A stretch of 64,000 bases of DNA from Malacoraja senta (taxonomy: Eukaryota), in the NCBI GenBank assembly GCA_038087875.1, contig CM075992.1, positions 10,604,001 to 10,668,000 of the forward strand, given 5' to 3'. The notes beneath the pieces were generated by a model. That model was not told the DNA's origin, made no database searches, and saw only the letters and a program-made list of their open reading frames with translations. The translations under genes and the position numbers were made by a program. This document shows, piece after piece, positions 1 through 14,572 of this stretch. Numbering within the stretch: the first letter of the stretch is position 1; every line of letters starts with the position of its first letter.

Positions 1-330
1 GGAGGTCAGTAGCGAGGAGTAACTGCATGTGTTAAATTTCCAACTATTGAAAGGGAAAACATCAGCGATGGGGATGGTTTTGGGAGGAAGGGATCAGTGA
101 ACCGACGAGCTGCAAAAGTGGAAAGGGTGGTTATGGGAAGATATGAGTGCTGGTGGCATTGGTGCATAGTTGTCGGATAACGACGTTTGGATATGAAGGC
201 TGTTGGGGTGAATGCGGAGTACCAAGGCAACTCATTCCGTCTGGGGGTGAGAGGAAACGAGATTTGAATTAGGGAGACAGACGAGAAATGGGTGAGGGAT
301 AACTCCTCAACAGACGATTTAAAGCGTCCT
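1..330 (-). mobile_element. Old, diverged Penelope-like element fragment (RT-EN linker region)
   Basis: Minus frame near 130-230 reads VALVLRIHPNSLHIQ, resembling VPLVLTFH of the Penelope copies at 27.7 kb and 43.1 kb; boundaries approximate. Confidence 0.5.
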
Positions 331-394
331 TACAAGAGATTGGGTCCAATTTAGGTAACCATGAGCTTCAGTGGGTTTGTCGATGGCGTGTAGT

Positions 395-667
395 TAATTT
401 TAGTTGATGCCACGTGTACCAAATACAGTGACACGCTTTTGTTGCGTGCTCTCCAGTCAGCGGAAAGACAACACATGATTACACTGGAGACATGTACAGC
501 GTGTAGACACACGGCAACTTAATAAAGTTTAATGCAAGGTAACGCCAGCAAAGTCCGATTGAGTCAGGGCCAAGGGTCAGCCAGGAGTTAGATAGTAGCT
601 CAGCACTGCTGTCTGGTTGTTGTAGGATAATTCAGCTGCCTGATAACAACAGGGATGAAACTGTCCC
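395..667 (-). mobile_element. Rex1/Babar-type LINE 3' end fragment
   Basis: Reverse complement aligns with the 3' UTR of the Rex copies at 36700-36970 and 37700-37970 (gggacagtt...gtctttccgctgactgg...ggtacacgtg). Confidence 0.7.
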
Positions 668-1049
668 ACTCTGTCACAGTGTGCGTCAGTTATGTTTCGC
701 CACTGCTGATGCACGCACAATGAATAACTCTTCTATTCTCCTTCTGCCCTATTTAATGAGCTCTGTGATTGGTTCAACTTGGCGATACGATGCAGACAGG
801 CTGATTAATAGCCAATTCGTTAACCATAATATGAACTTATGTTGAGACACAGACACTTGGAGGCTTTGTCGAAAGAGCAGCATAGCACGATTTATATTAA
901 CAGATTCACAGAACATTCTGTACTCATTATGGAACATCTCCTGCAGCAACAACGTATCATAAATCTACCTTTACTATTTGCCAACGAATTTTGAAACGTT
1001 CCATGTGCTGATGCAGTTTGTATCCGTCAGCAGCAATATTACAACAACA

Positions 1050-1905
1050 TGTGAGTGGGCAGATGCATGGGAGATGCAGTATAATATAGATAAATGTGAG
1101 GTTATCCACTTTGGCGGCAAAAACAAGGGGGAAGATTATTATCTCAATGGAGTTAGGTTAGGTAAGGGGAGGCGCAGCGAGAACTGGGTGTCCTTGAACA
1201 CCAGTCACTGAAAGTTGGCGTGCAGGTACAGCAGGCAGTGAAGAAAACTAATGGAATGTTGACCTGCATAACAAGAGGATTTCAGTATAGGAGTAAAGAG
1301 GTTCTTCTGCAGTTGTATCCGTCTCTGGTAAGACCACATCTGGAGTATTGTGTACAGTTTTGTTCTCCAAATTTAAGGAAGGACATCCTTGTGATTGAGG
1401 CAGTGCAGCGTAGGTTCACGAGATTGATCCCTCGGATGGCGGGACTGTCATATGAGTAAAATTTGAAAAGAATAGGCTTGTATTCACTGGCGGTTTATAA
1501 GGATGAGAGGGATCTTATAGAAACATATAACATTATAAAAAGGACTGGACAAGCTAGATGCAGGAAAAATGTTCCCAAGGTTGGGTGAGTCTAGAACCAG
1601 GGTCCACAGTCTTAGAATAAAGGGGAGGCCATTTAAGACGGAGGTGAGAAAACATTTGTTCACTCAGAGAGTTGTGAATTTGTGCAATTCCCTGCCACAG
1701 GGCAATGGAGGCCAAATCACTGGATGGATTTAAGAGAGAGTGAGATAGAGCTCTAGAGGGCAGTGGAATCAAAGGATATGGGGTGAAGATAGGCACGGGT
1801 TATTGATTGGGGACGACCAGCCATGAACTCATTGAATGATGGTGCTGGCTCGAAGGGCCGAATGGCCTCCTCCGCACCTATTTTCTATGTTTCTATGTTT
1901 CTATG
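1050..1905 (+). mobile_element. CR1 (HER1-like) LINE, 5'-truncated, degenerate
   Basis: ORF2 C-terminal motifs WEMQYNIDKCEVIHFG and LVRPHLEYCVQF; 3' UTR gctcgaagggccgaatggcct; (TTTCTATG)n tail. Confidence 0.95.
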
Positions 1906-2199
1906 AACTGCTGAGTAAACATGCACGGGAATCACATGGCGCACACTCACGACGGGTTTGGAGTAGGAATTGCAGAAAATGTAGATGCATTTGTTGTTTC
2001 GGCAGTCACAGATGAGGAGATATAGATAGGACGTTGATGCACCGGAACACAGGATGTGACGATAATTTGAATTCAGCATTAGTATGCAAATAACACAAGC
2101 TGCACTGATAGTCTCGACGGAAAATGTCTCCAGGGACCAAAATATATCTACAGCAAGGTTACCCAGCAGATTTACCAACTATTTATTATCCATTGTTTA

Positions 2200-2610
2200 G
2201 TTATTATTATCATCGCTGCACATATTACTCAAGTGTTATCGATTTGCCTCCAACTCATTAATATGTACGATAAACACCAACACCAACTGAGATCTTCGGC
2301 ACATCACTGCTCAGAAGCTTCCGAAAAACATTATGTTAAAGCGACCTTTTACGTAGCAGATTCTCGGGCATTGCCCTCAATAATATTTGTTGTTACTTTG
2401 TCACAAAAATCAATCAAATTCACAACACATGACATCCCACGATAAAACACATTTTTTTCAATTCCTTATCATCCTCTGACTACCTAATTTCATATGAATC
2501 TTTTCATGCAGAAACCGCTCCATTAACATGCCAACCACAGATGATTGCCTCACATATCTAGAAATCCCGGGCGATCACCAATCCCCTCCTTGTATAAATT
2601 GCTGCTGGTC
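2200..2610 (-). mobile_element. Very old CR1 RT fragment
   Basis: Minus strand holds decayed matches to PLFKKG..PGNYRPVSLTSVVGKL, GRSCLTNLIEF and GVPQGSVLG..YINDL. Confidence 0.6.
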
Positions 2611-4219
2611 ACAGGGAAAACGATGTGATATCATGTCAATCAAATAAAATATCTACTTTCCGCAACAACACCGCCATGATTTCTACATATCAACAGATGA
2701 ACTCAAACTTTCCGTTCTGAAACCTGTCGCCAACCAATCATCAGTTAGGAGACATCAACACTCATTCCACCTCCCTATCTAGTTACTTACTGACACCAAA
2801 ATATTACCAGCAGGAAGGAGACCAAATGATTCACAATCCTACAGATGACCCCTCCGAGAAGGGGAAGTAACAGTGATGTTAAATTAATTTGGAAATGTGA
2901 AATTGTAAATTGAAGAATTTATTGCATAACTACTTTGGAAAAGATTCAGTTGTAAGCACGTGCCAGTCTGGAAAATGCAAAACAGCAGTAGGATTTCAGG
3001 TCATCCATGTCCCCAACATCGCAAACATGAAAAGTGTTGTTGATTCACAGAATCATGCAGCTGCGAATACATGAACGTGATCCCTCTGAGCAAGTCAAAT
3101 TTGCTGTCTTCAGGCCCCTATGCCGCTAAACCTTTTCCCAACCGTTTATCTGTGAAAATGAATATTGTTCTTTGCGGAAAAAATCTTCCAGACCAACACG
3201 TTTAACCACGAAACTATTGGGCAGTCATCGGCACGGAACATTCCTTAATCACTAGCGGACAGGGAATACGTGGATTTAGTGGAGTAGCTGGGGTCAATGA
3301 AAGAGCGTTCACGTCGCTGCTCTGTTTTCACCAATCTTTCCATCACCATGCGCAAGAAGCACAAGAAGACCAAGACAGACACCATTGTATGCAGGTGCCA
3401 AGATGTCTGTTCAGCTCTGACTGAACAACTTCTAATCTTGTGTGTTGACTCGATACGAAGAAGAAGTGGAGCGACTCCCTCCTTTTAACTACTATTGCAC
3501 TATTTCCTCATGATGGCTGCTGGGAAGAGAAGACAGCTGGCCTTCTCGCCACAGAGCGTGGATGTGTGCACTGCGTCTGGCGAATAACACACCATCCTTG
3601 TTCAACTCGAACTCTCCGTAACAGCGAACTTTCTCAATTTCGTCCTCTTCCCAGCGACCCATTAGAAGACGGTCGCCAAGTGAATACATTTCGTTCTGAT
3701 CTCTGGGATTTAATTCACATGATGTCGGCAACAGTAATAGGGAATGTGGGAGTTGTTGCCATGAGCCGGACTCCACTATAAGTCTGTTGGGACCAGACTC
3801 CTGGCGAATCGCGAAGTTAGCACTGCACATAGCGGTGTTTAAATAAATATTGGATGGTGGGGGTGAGGTGGGTGGGGTTGTTGGGGTTAACAGAATGAGA
3901 AAGTATGGATAAAATTAAAGGGACGGAGGAAGCAGAGCTTTTATCGCGTTTTGCAGCGTAAGATATGATATTATATTTTAAAGGGATACGTCTATAACGG
4001 CAGGCAACGTTGATACCAATTTGAAAAATAAGGTGGTGAACACAGAAATGAAGGTGATACATCACATGCACACAGTGTACGAAACAAGATGTACAAGCCT
4101 AAAGTACAGTTAAAATAGGCAGATGGGAAATTGCGCTCTCACAGAGTCTTGAATGATCAGATGTGTGATGTGAACATGGTAGGCCACATATCCTCTCAAA
4201 AACAGAGACATGTGTTTAC

Positions 4220-5573
4220 AGGTGACCAGGTGGCTTGGATGCTAAGGAATGAAAAACAATTTTAGGTAAGAAATGACAGAGGGTCAAAAGATGTCGATTC
4301 CTAGTGGATAGAATATGGACATTAAATGGTAGGAAATAACCTAGCTTGAGTTAAAAACATGCTTCCAATTCGTAGCCATGGTTCAGGGTACGAATTACAT
4401 CTGGATATTGAAAAGACATTTAACCAAGTTAATGTTACAGTTGTCATGATGGATTTCACCGTGAAGCTAGACCGTGAGAAATCAGGTTTGCACTGAAGTC
4501 AAAGAGTAAAAGTTGCAAAAATGCCTGAGATCCTTGCCTGAAGCAGCTGCTGGTCGCACACATTAATAAACAGGCAATTTTGCATTTGGAATTGGGAAAT
4601 GAACCAGATTTTACTCGAGATCTTACGTTGCGGGAACCCCGAGGAGACAGTAATTATGATTAGATATATGTCAATCTGTAATTTGAAAGGCAGATGGCAA
4701 AATTGGATGTATCGGTTTCACTGTTGAAAAATGTAACTGGGGACACATGAGAGAGCAAATGACTAATGTTAATTGATAGGTACTCGAGAAGGAATGACAG
4801 TGGAGCAGGAATGGCAGAGTTGTCTGTGAGTGATTTGGAAGATACAGCATGTTTTCATCCCAAAGTGGAAGAAATATACTAAAGGGAGAATAAGGCAACA
4901 GTGTCTGACAAGGACGTCAATAATATAAAAGAGGATAGGAAGTGTTCCTGCGGATATATAAATAGCACAAAAGTGTCAGGTTTGGACGTCGGGCCACTGA
5001 ATAATGATGCTGCAGAAGTGATACCGGAAAATCGCGATATTTCAGAGGAACTGAATACCTTTTTTGCATTCGACTTCACAGTGGAAGACACCAGCAGTAT
5101 GCCCGCAGTCCCTGAGAGTTAGGGGTTGCAAGTTAGTCGTGTGACGATTGCTGAGGTGAATGTGCATGGTGAAACTGAGAGGTCTGAACGTGGATACGTC
5201 ATCTGGACCGAACGGACTGCAGCCCAGAGATCTCAAGGAGGTGGCTTCGGAGATTGTGGAGACATTAGTTGTGATATTTCAAGAACCACTACTGTTAGGA
5301 GTGCGTCCTGAAGAATGGAAAATTGCAAATATCGCCCCTCTGTCCAAGATAAAATAATGGAAACTATACGCCGGTTAGCCTGGCTTCGGTGGTTGATAAG
5401 ATTTTGGAGCCAATTATAAAGCAGGAGGTTACGCAGTACTTGGAAGTTCACCATAAAATAGGTCGAGGTCAGCATTGTTTTGTGAAGGGGAGATATTGCC
5501 TGACGAATCTATTGAATTTGACGAAGTTAATAACAGGACCGACAAAAGGGAGATTGAAGATATTGTTTATCTT
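4220..5573 (+). mobile_element. CR1 LINE, upstream part (EN-RT N-terminus), interrupted by L1
   Basis: Motifs LRGLNVDTSSGPNGLQPRDLKEVASEI, PEEWKIANIAPL and QHCFVKGRYCLTNL; ends at EDIVYL and resumes after the L1. Confidence 0.85.
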
Positions 5574-5729
5574 CCGGTGGCGCCATGTTAGATTAACAGA
5601 CGTGCACCTAGCTCCGCTCTCGAAAAATTTCGCGATTTCCCGCGTAAAAACGGGTCCATAAGTTGTAATTGGATTAAAAACCTTACCGGAGCTTCTGGTC
5701 ACCGGGCTGATGGCGTCATCAGTAAGCGC

Positions 5730-6827
5730 TATGTTTTAAACGGTGGCTTACAGACATTTAAATAAGAAAACTGTCTCCAGCCAAGAGCCCTCAGAGAACA
5801 TTTAAAAAGCTGCTGAAAAAACTGAAGAATCCTGAAGGAGAAGGTACATCTGAAGTTTCTGAAGTGGCTGCAGAAATGGATACAAGATCTAAGACAGAGC
5901 TGACTAAGGATAAAGAACTTGAGGATTTGAAGAGATCAGTGAAGGATATGAAAGATGAATATGAATGAAAATAATACTCTGATGGGACAAATGATGGAAA
6001 AAATCGAAAAGATGATGTTTGACTCGAATGCTGGAAATCAGAAGGTGGCTGATTCACTGGATACTATAAATAAACGAATTGATGATGTGAAAGATGGACG
6101 ATCGGGGTGAATGGATAAGATGGACAAAATTAATACGGACAGGATCACGGCTGTGCTTGAAACAGTAGCTGCAAGTATGGTTACAATTACGGAATTGGAG
6201 AAAAATATGGCTTGAGTGGTTGAAGACATGGTGAAAATGAGCCAAGAACATGATCAAAGGAAGCAAGAATATGAGCAAACTTCAGTACAGATGACGAATC
6301 AACTGGGGAAAGTCTCAGACAAATGCCTGGACCTGGAAGCTCGCTCTAGACGCCAGAATTTGAGAATTCTTGGAGTCTCAGAGGGAGCTGAGGGAAAGGA
6401 CATTCGTGAGTTTGCCATGGACTTACTTAAACAACTGCTTAATCTCTCCAAAGAACCGAAAATTGAAGTGGCTCATCGTGTTCCAAGATTTAAACCGAGA
6501 TCTCAAGCTGGAAAAGATAACCCACGACATATTATTGGGAAATTTCAGGACATTTCAGAACTGGAAGATGTGATGAGCAAAATTAAATACGGAGTGCAAT
6601 TACGGATAGATAAGGACATTATCAAAATATTCAGGGACTATCCGTATGAAATTGTGTAAAAGAGAAATAAATTCGGGAAGGCAAAAGAACTTTTAAGAGG
6701 GAAACAAGGTGTCAGATACGGTATTTTTTATCCAGCCAAAATGCGTATCTATTTTAATGGTAGTGAAAGATCATTTGTAAAACCGGAGGAGGCGTGCACA
6801 TATGCCCAGAGCATCGTCGAAAAGTAG
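5730..6827 (+). pseudogene. L1 ORF1 (coiled-coil/RRM/CTD), disrupted
   Basis: LEARSRRQNLRILGVSEGAEG, IEVAHRV and IFRDYP motifs; in-frame stops; start uncertain. Confidence 0.85.
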
Positions 6828-7723
6828 AAATTAATGGTATGAATTAATCCTTTTTTTAAATTAGAATTCCACGGTTAATGGAGGTTTGGCAGCTTAGAAC
6901 CATTTCAAGCAGTGTTTTCTTGGGATGGCGAGACTGTTATCTGTGGAATTTTGATTCAAGGACATTCTGTGTACCAAACGAAGTAAACAGCCGAACTGAA
7001 GAGAATGGACTATACCAGAAGCATTAATTGTTTAATAGAATATAATATTAAATCCAATTGTAAGAATTGATCCTATTAACAACCTAACAATTTAACAAGT
7101 TATCAATATTAGACTAGAATAGTAACGGACGCTAATATAAATAAAACATAACGAACTAACAAAACTAATATACATTTTTACTAAATCCAAACATTATCTA
7201 CAACTGGGAGGAGGGGATGAGAAACGAGCACCTGGCTTATGTCCAGGGGCGCGTTTCGTTAACCCCTACAACCAACAGTTGACTATTATTGAAGCTAAAA
7301 TCAGTTGTTTAATAATTAGTAGCTAAAATCGCGATATATATATGATATGTTATAATGAAATATATAGGGTAAATTTGTATTATATATCTGAATGTGAGGC
7401 CCCGTTCTAATATGTTATGATTAACCAAGAGAGCGGAGATATTTGTTTAACACCAACAATGGAAGTCGAAACAAGGTTTTCTCCCACCAACAGGTGGGCC
7501 ACTTGTTACAGTGCCGACTATTTTAGACACTGTATTTTCACTTTTTCACCTTTTTTTATTTTTTTATTATTTTCACAAAAATTCACATGTTTGTGTTTTG
7601 TGTTTAGTGATAAGCGTAAAAGGGATATGCCAACAAAACTTAGAAATTCAAAGGTTCCCCCAATACCCAAGGACCTGGGATATGGATGCACCACAAGATT
7701 TAAAGGTACTATAATTATTCAAA

Positions 7724-10700
7724 ATGCAAGATGCTAAACAAAAGAACCTAGGAGGAGTCTCATTCTGCAGTTGGAATATAAGAGGTATTAACGAACCTAT
7801 TAAAAGGGGTAAGATACTAGCTCAGCTGAAACTGTATAATTCTGACATCATCTTCTTACAAGAAACTCATCTAAAATCTCAAGATCAAGCTAGGTTGAGG
7901 GCGAAATGGATAGGTCAAATATACCATTCTTCATATACTTCGAAATCTAGAGGTACATCAATCATTATTAGAAAAGGTATACCATTCAAAGCAAAGAATA
8001 CAATAACAGACATTGAAGGGAGATATTGGATAGTTAATGGAGAAATTCACGATACTCCAATTACTTTGGTAAATATATACGCGCCTAACTTTGACAACCC
8101 TCATTTTTTCAATACAATTCTGAGCATAATTGCAGAGTTTAATTATCAAAATGTTATAATAGGAGGATACTTTAACTGTGTTTTAGAACCGTATTTAGAC
8201 AAATCATGCCAAAAACAGAGAGGGAATACGAAATCTAAAACCGATGAACTTTTAAATACTTATATAAACAATACTAATATAGCAGATGTTTGGAGAATTG
8301 CTAATCCAACTGGCAGGGAATACTCCTTTTATTCAATGGTACATAAAACATACTCACGTATAGATTATTTCCTGGTGGGTACAAAATTAATCCCTCACAC
8401 TGTGAACCCAGCATACCATACAAATTCGATTTCAGACCATTCACGACTAACTTTATTTTTAAAACTGGAAGGAATGTCTAAGAATAAATCGTTTTGGAGA
8501 TTCAATTCTCAAATCCTAAAAGATCCGCAAGCGAGTACATATTTAAAAGAACAAATGGACGTATTTTTTTAAATAAATGACGCTCCAGATATATCACCTA
8601 CTTTATTATGGGAAACTTTTAAAGCATTTATTAGAGGTGTTATAATCTCATACCAAGCTTTTCAAAATAAAAAGAATAAGAATGAACAAAGACAGTTAGA
8701 GGAACCTATTAGACAAATGGATATAGATAATGCTAAAGATCCATCAATAGATAAACATAATAAAATAATAATTTTGAAATTTAAATTAAATAAACTTATA
8801 AGACTTTTCCAAATTACAAAACAAGAGCACTTTGAATTTGAGGATAAACCGCATAAACTTTTGGCTCGCCAGCTAAAAACACGAGAAAAAGAACAATGGA
8901 TCCCAAAGATTAAATCAGATAGAGGGGAATTATTAACCATACCGAAGGATATTAATAAAAGATTTGCGCAATTTTATGAGAATTTGTATACATCTAAAAC
9001 GACAACTGACTCCAATAAAATTACAGAGTTCTTGGATAATTGTAATCTTCCAAAGTTAGAGTTGAAGGATCAAGAGGAATTGGGTGCACAAATCTCAATT
9101 AAGGAATTAGAAGATACAATAAACTCATTAAAGAATGGAAAAACACCAGTTCCTGATGGATTTACAAATGAATTTTATAAAAGCTTCTATGACAAAATTA
9201 TACCACGATTACAAAAAGTGTATCAATATGCTTTAAAAAAAATATTACCTGATACATTAGCTGAATCAACGATCACACTAATACTTAAAAAAGACAAAGA
9301 TATAGAAGAACCGGGATTATATAGAGCTATAGCATTGTTAAATACAGATAAAAAAATATTAGCGAAAACATTAGCTAGAAGATTAAGTAAATATATTAGT
9401 AAACTAATAAACCCAGATCAGACGGGGTTTATCCCTAAGAGATATTCATCTAATAATATGAGACGTCTACACAATATAATGCACTCACATAAAATTGAAG
9501 AACAAGAATTATCTATTATTTCATTGGACGCTGAAAAAGCATTTGACCAAGTAGAATGGAATTATATGGATAAAGTATTACAAAAATCCAACTGGGAGCG
9601 AATTTTATTTTATGGATTAAACTATTATATAATAAACCTACAGCTAGAATATTTACTTATAACATATTATCCTCGATATTTCAACTATCATGGGGAAATA
9701 GACATTGATGCTCATTATCACCACAGTTGTTTGCTGTCATAATTGAACCGTTAGCAGAAACAATTAGAACACATCCAGATATCCATGGGTATAATACTAA
9801 ATATTCAAATAATACAAATATTTATACGCGGATGATATATTATTGTACATTACAAAACCTCAAATTACTATACCAAATATATTACATTTAATTGAGGACT
9901 TTGGATTTTTTTCTGGATACAGAATAAATTGGAATAAAAGTGAAATTATGTCAATAAAACCGAAAGACTCAACACATCTTTTAAAATTCCCTTTTAGAAT
10001 AGCTACAGAAAAATTTAAATACTTGGGTGTTGAAATCACTAGAACATACCAAGGCATGTTTAAAGCAAATTTTGATCCTTTACCTAATAAATTAAATACA
10101 CTAATTAAATTTAGGAAAGCGCTCCCGATGTCTTTAATAGGCCGAATAAATGCAATAAAAATGATCCTCTTACCACAAATGTTATACCTATTTCAATCGA
10201 TTTATATATACCCACCAAAGAAGGTTTTTTTTTAACTGGATTCAGACATTACTAATTTTATATGGGACTATAAATCACATAGAATACAAAGAACACAGTT
10301 GAACAAAGCTAAAGTATTAGGGGGCTTAGCACTCCCTAAATGCATGTATTATTATTGGTCAGTAAATATTAAAAATATGATTCAACTGATGGACAACTCT
10401 GCCCAGCAAGTGGACTGGATTGTAATGGAGAGAGAGGACTGCTCCTCTGGAAATATTGGAGCGATCCTCCTCTCACCAATGAAACTGAATAATATAAATA
10501 ATAACAAAAAAACAATTATACATAGTACAATCAGAACTTGGAAACAAATAAAACAAAATTTAAATTAAGAAATCTATCGCTGTTATCTCCAATAGTTAAT
10601 AACGCCTCGTTTAATCCTTCTATTACAGACAAATCTTGTATACAATGGGATAGACTAGGAATTAAAACGTTCAGTGACTTGTATGAAACTGGAAAATTAT

Positions 10701-11467
10701 TATCATTCCAACAGTTACAAATAAAATATATACTGGGAAATAATCAATATTTTAAATATTTTCAAATATGTGACTCTTTGAAAAAATATACAAAAGATCA
10801 TTATAATATCCCAGCAGATGTACTGGATGAAGCAATGCAGATAAAAGCTGAATCAGCAAACTTAAAATCATATTTGTATAATATTATCTTAAATGTAGAA
10901 ATACCATCTACGGAAGGTATTAGAAGAGACTGGGAACAAGAATTAGCTATAGGTGGAATGAACATTTACTAAACGTGCATAAATGTTCGATTAATGTAAG
11001 ACATACTTTAATACAATTTCAAATTTTACATAGATTATATTATTCCAAAACTAAAATTAATAAAATGTTCCCAAATGTTTCATCCATTTGTGATAAACGT
11101 CAATCTAAAGAAGCTACTATAGGGCACTCATTTGTTTTCTGTACAAAAAATCAAATATTTTGGATTGAAATTTTTGAAATCTTTACAAAATTATTTAATA
11201 TAAAACTGATACCCAAAGCAGAATAGAACAACGGAAGATAGTCCAGAACTAAATGAGTTCCAAAAGAAATTAATAGAATATGGGTTAATAACTGGAAAAA
11301 AGTTAATCCTAAAATTCTGGAAAAACGCTCCAATACCAACTATAAACATGTGGATTTCAAATATGTTCGAAACATTACACCTAGAAGAGATAAGACTCCT
11401 CCTGGCAGGTAAACCAGATCACTTCCACCTGACGTGGTCTGCATTTATAGAATTATTACAAGTATAG
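7724..11467 (+). pseudogene. L1 ORF2 copy 1 (APE endonuclease, RT, C-terminal domain), frameshifted
   Basis: SWNIRG, FLQETH, YSRIDYF, SDH (EN); DQTGFI, SLDAEKAFD, LYADD at ~9822 (RT); several frameshifts and stops. Confidence 0.95.
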
Positions 11468-11949
11468 GGTGCAAAAGTACTTTAAAAAAATAAAACTGAG
11501 GTCAGGTAAGGGGGGGATGAAAGCTGGAGAGTTGGTATATCCCATTTGCGTGATGCTTTCAACAAAGTACTTGTTTCCCTCTTTTCCCTCTTTCTCTTTT
11601 TTCTTCTTTTTTAGGGTCTTTTTCTTAATTCTTCTTTTTTTTTAAATTTCTTTCTTATAGGGCCTTTGTTCTTTTTTGGAAGTCGAAACAAGGTTTTCTC
11701 CCACCAACAGGTGGGCCACTTGTTACACTTGTTACAGTGCCGACTATTTTAGACACTGTATTTTCACTTTTTCACCTTTTTTTATTTTTTTATTATTTTC
11801 ACAAAAATTTACATGTTTGTGTTTTGTGTTTAGTGATAAGCGTAAAAGGGATATGCCAACAAAACTTAGAAATTCAAAGGTTCCCCCAATACCCAAGGAC
11901 CTGGGATATGGATGCACCACAAGATTTAAAGGTACTATAATTATTCAAA

Positions 11950-14572
11950 ATGCAAGATGATAAACAAAAGAACCTAGGAGGAGTCTCATTCTGCAGTTGG
12001 AATATAAGAGGTATTAACGAACCTATTAAAAGGGGTAAGATACTAGCTCATCTGAAACTGTATAATTCTGACATCATCTTCTTACAAGAAACTCATCTAA
12101 AATCTCAAGATCAAGCTAGGTTGAGGGCGAAATGGATAGGTCAAATATACCATTCTTCATATACTTCGAAATCTAGAGGTACATCAATCATTATTAGAAA
12201 AGGTATACCATTCAAAGCAAAGAATACAATAACAGACATTGAAGGGAGATACTGGATAGTTAATGGAGAAATTCACGATACTCCAATTACTTTGGTAAAT
12301 ATATACGCGCCTAACTTTGACAACCCTCATTTTTTCAATACAATTCTGAGCATAATTGCAGAGTTTAATTATCAAAATGTTATAATAGGAGGATACTTTA
12401 ACTGTGTTTTAGAACCGTATTTAGACAAGTCATGCCAAAAACAGAGAGGGAATACGAAATCTAAAACCGATGAACTTTTAAATACTTATATAAACAATAC
12501 TAATATAGCAGATGTTTGGAGAATTGCTAATCCAACTGGCAGGGAATACTCCTTTTATTCAATGGTACATAAAACATACTCACGTATAGATTATTTCCTG
12601 GTGGATACAAAATTAATCCCTCACACTGTGAACCCAGCATACCATACAAATTCGATTTCAGACCATTCACGACTAACTTTATTTTTAAAACTGGAAGGAA
12701 TGTCTAAGAATAAATCGTTTTGGAGATTCAATTCTCAAATCCTAAAAGATCCGCAAGCGAGTACATATTTAAAAGAACAAATGGACATATTTTTTTTAAA
12801 TAAATGACGCTCCAGATATATCACCTACTTTATTATGGGAAACTTTTAAAGCATTTATTAGAGGTGTTATAATCTCATACCAAGCTTTTCAAAATAAAAA
12901 GAATAAGAATGAACAAAGACAGTTAGAGGAACCTATTAGACAAATGGATATAGATAATGCTAAAGATCCATCAATAGATAAACATAATAAAATAATAATT
13001 TTGAAATTTAAATTAAATAAACTTATAAGACTTTTCCAAATTACAAAACAAGAGCACTTTGAATTTGGGGATAAACCGCATAAACTTTTGGCTCGCCAGC
13101 TAAAAACACGAGAAAAAGAACAATGGATCCCAAAGATTAAATCAGATAGAGGGGAATTATTAACCATACCGAAGGATATTAATAAAAGATTTGCGCAATT
13201 TTATGAGAATTTGTATACATCTAAAACGACAACTGACTCCAATAAAATTACAGAGTTCTTGGATAATTGTAATCTTCCAAAGTTAGAGTTGAAGGATCAA
13301 GAGGAATTGGGTGCACAAATCTCAATTAAGGTATTAGAAGATACAATAAACTCATTAAAGAATGGAAAAACACCAGTTCCTGATGGATTTACAAATGAAT
13401 TTTATAAAAGCTTCTATGACAAAATTATACCACGATTACAAAAAGTGTATCAATATGCTTTAAAAAAAATATTACCTGATACATTAGCTGAATCAACGAT
13501 CACACTAATACTTAAAAAAGACAAAGATATAGAAGAACCGGGATTATATAGAGCTATAGCATTGTTAAATACAGATAAAAAAATATTAACAGAATAATAT
13601 AAATAATAACAAAAAAACAATTATACATAGTACAATCAGAACTTGGAAACAAATAAAACAAAATTTAAATTAAGAAATCTATCGCTGTTATCTCCAATAG
13701 TTAATAACGCCTCGTTTAATCCCTCTATTACAGACAAATCTTGTATACAATGGGATAGACTAGGAATTAAAACGTTCAGTGACTTGTATGAAACTGGAAA
13801 ATTATTATCATTCCAACAGTTACAAATAAAATATATACTTGGAAATAATCAATATTTTAAATATTTTCAAATATGTGACTCTTTGAAAAAATATACAAAA
13901 GATCATTATAATATCCCAGCAGGTGTACTGGATGAAGCAATGCAGATAAAAGCTGAATCAGCAAACTTAAAATCATATTTGTATAATATTATCTTAAATG
14001 TAGAAATACCATCTACGGAAGGTATTAGAAGAGACTGGGAACAAGAATTAGCTATAGGTGGAATGAACATTTACTAAACGTGCATAAATGTTCGATTAAT
14101 GTAAGACATACTTTAATACAATTTCAAATTTTACATAGATTATATTATTCCAAAACTAAAATTAATGAAATGTTCCCAAATGTTTCATCCATTTGTGATA
14201 AACGTCAATCTAAAGAAGCTACTATAGGGCACTCATTTGTTTTCTGTACAAAAATTCAAATATTTTGGATTGAAATTTTTGAAATCTTTACAAAATTATT
14301 TAATATAAAACTGATACCCAAAGCAGAATAGAACAACGGAAGATAGTCCAGAACGAAATGAGTTCCAAAAGAAATTAATAGAATATGGGTTAATAACTGG
14401 AAAAAAGTTAATCCTAAAATTCTGGAAAAACGCTCCAATACCAACTATAAACATGTGGATTTCAAATATGTTCGAAACATTACACCTAGAAGAGATAAGA
14501 CTCCTCCTGGCAGGTAAACCAGATCACTTCCACCTGACGTGGTCTGCATTTATAGAATTATTACAAGTATAG
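11950..14572 (+). pseudogene. L1 ORF2 copy 2, lacking the RT core
   Basis: Near-identical to copy 1 but joins the equivalent of ~9361 to ~10484 at ~13588 (~1.1-kb deletion). Confidence 0.95.

Noticed and set aside
2083..2090. ATGCAAAT octamer (also 24846) suggesting an Ig promoter
   Set aside because: No V exon or heptamer-nonamer RSS nearby; expected by chance
1885..2178. Hydrophobic ORF faintly like GPCR TM6-TM7
   Set aside because: No NPxxY or CWxP motif; upstream sequence is CR1, not TM1-5
7417..7737. Extra ORF between L1 ORF1 and ORF2
   Set aside because: Phe-rich translation of T-tracts with no recognisable motif
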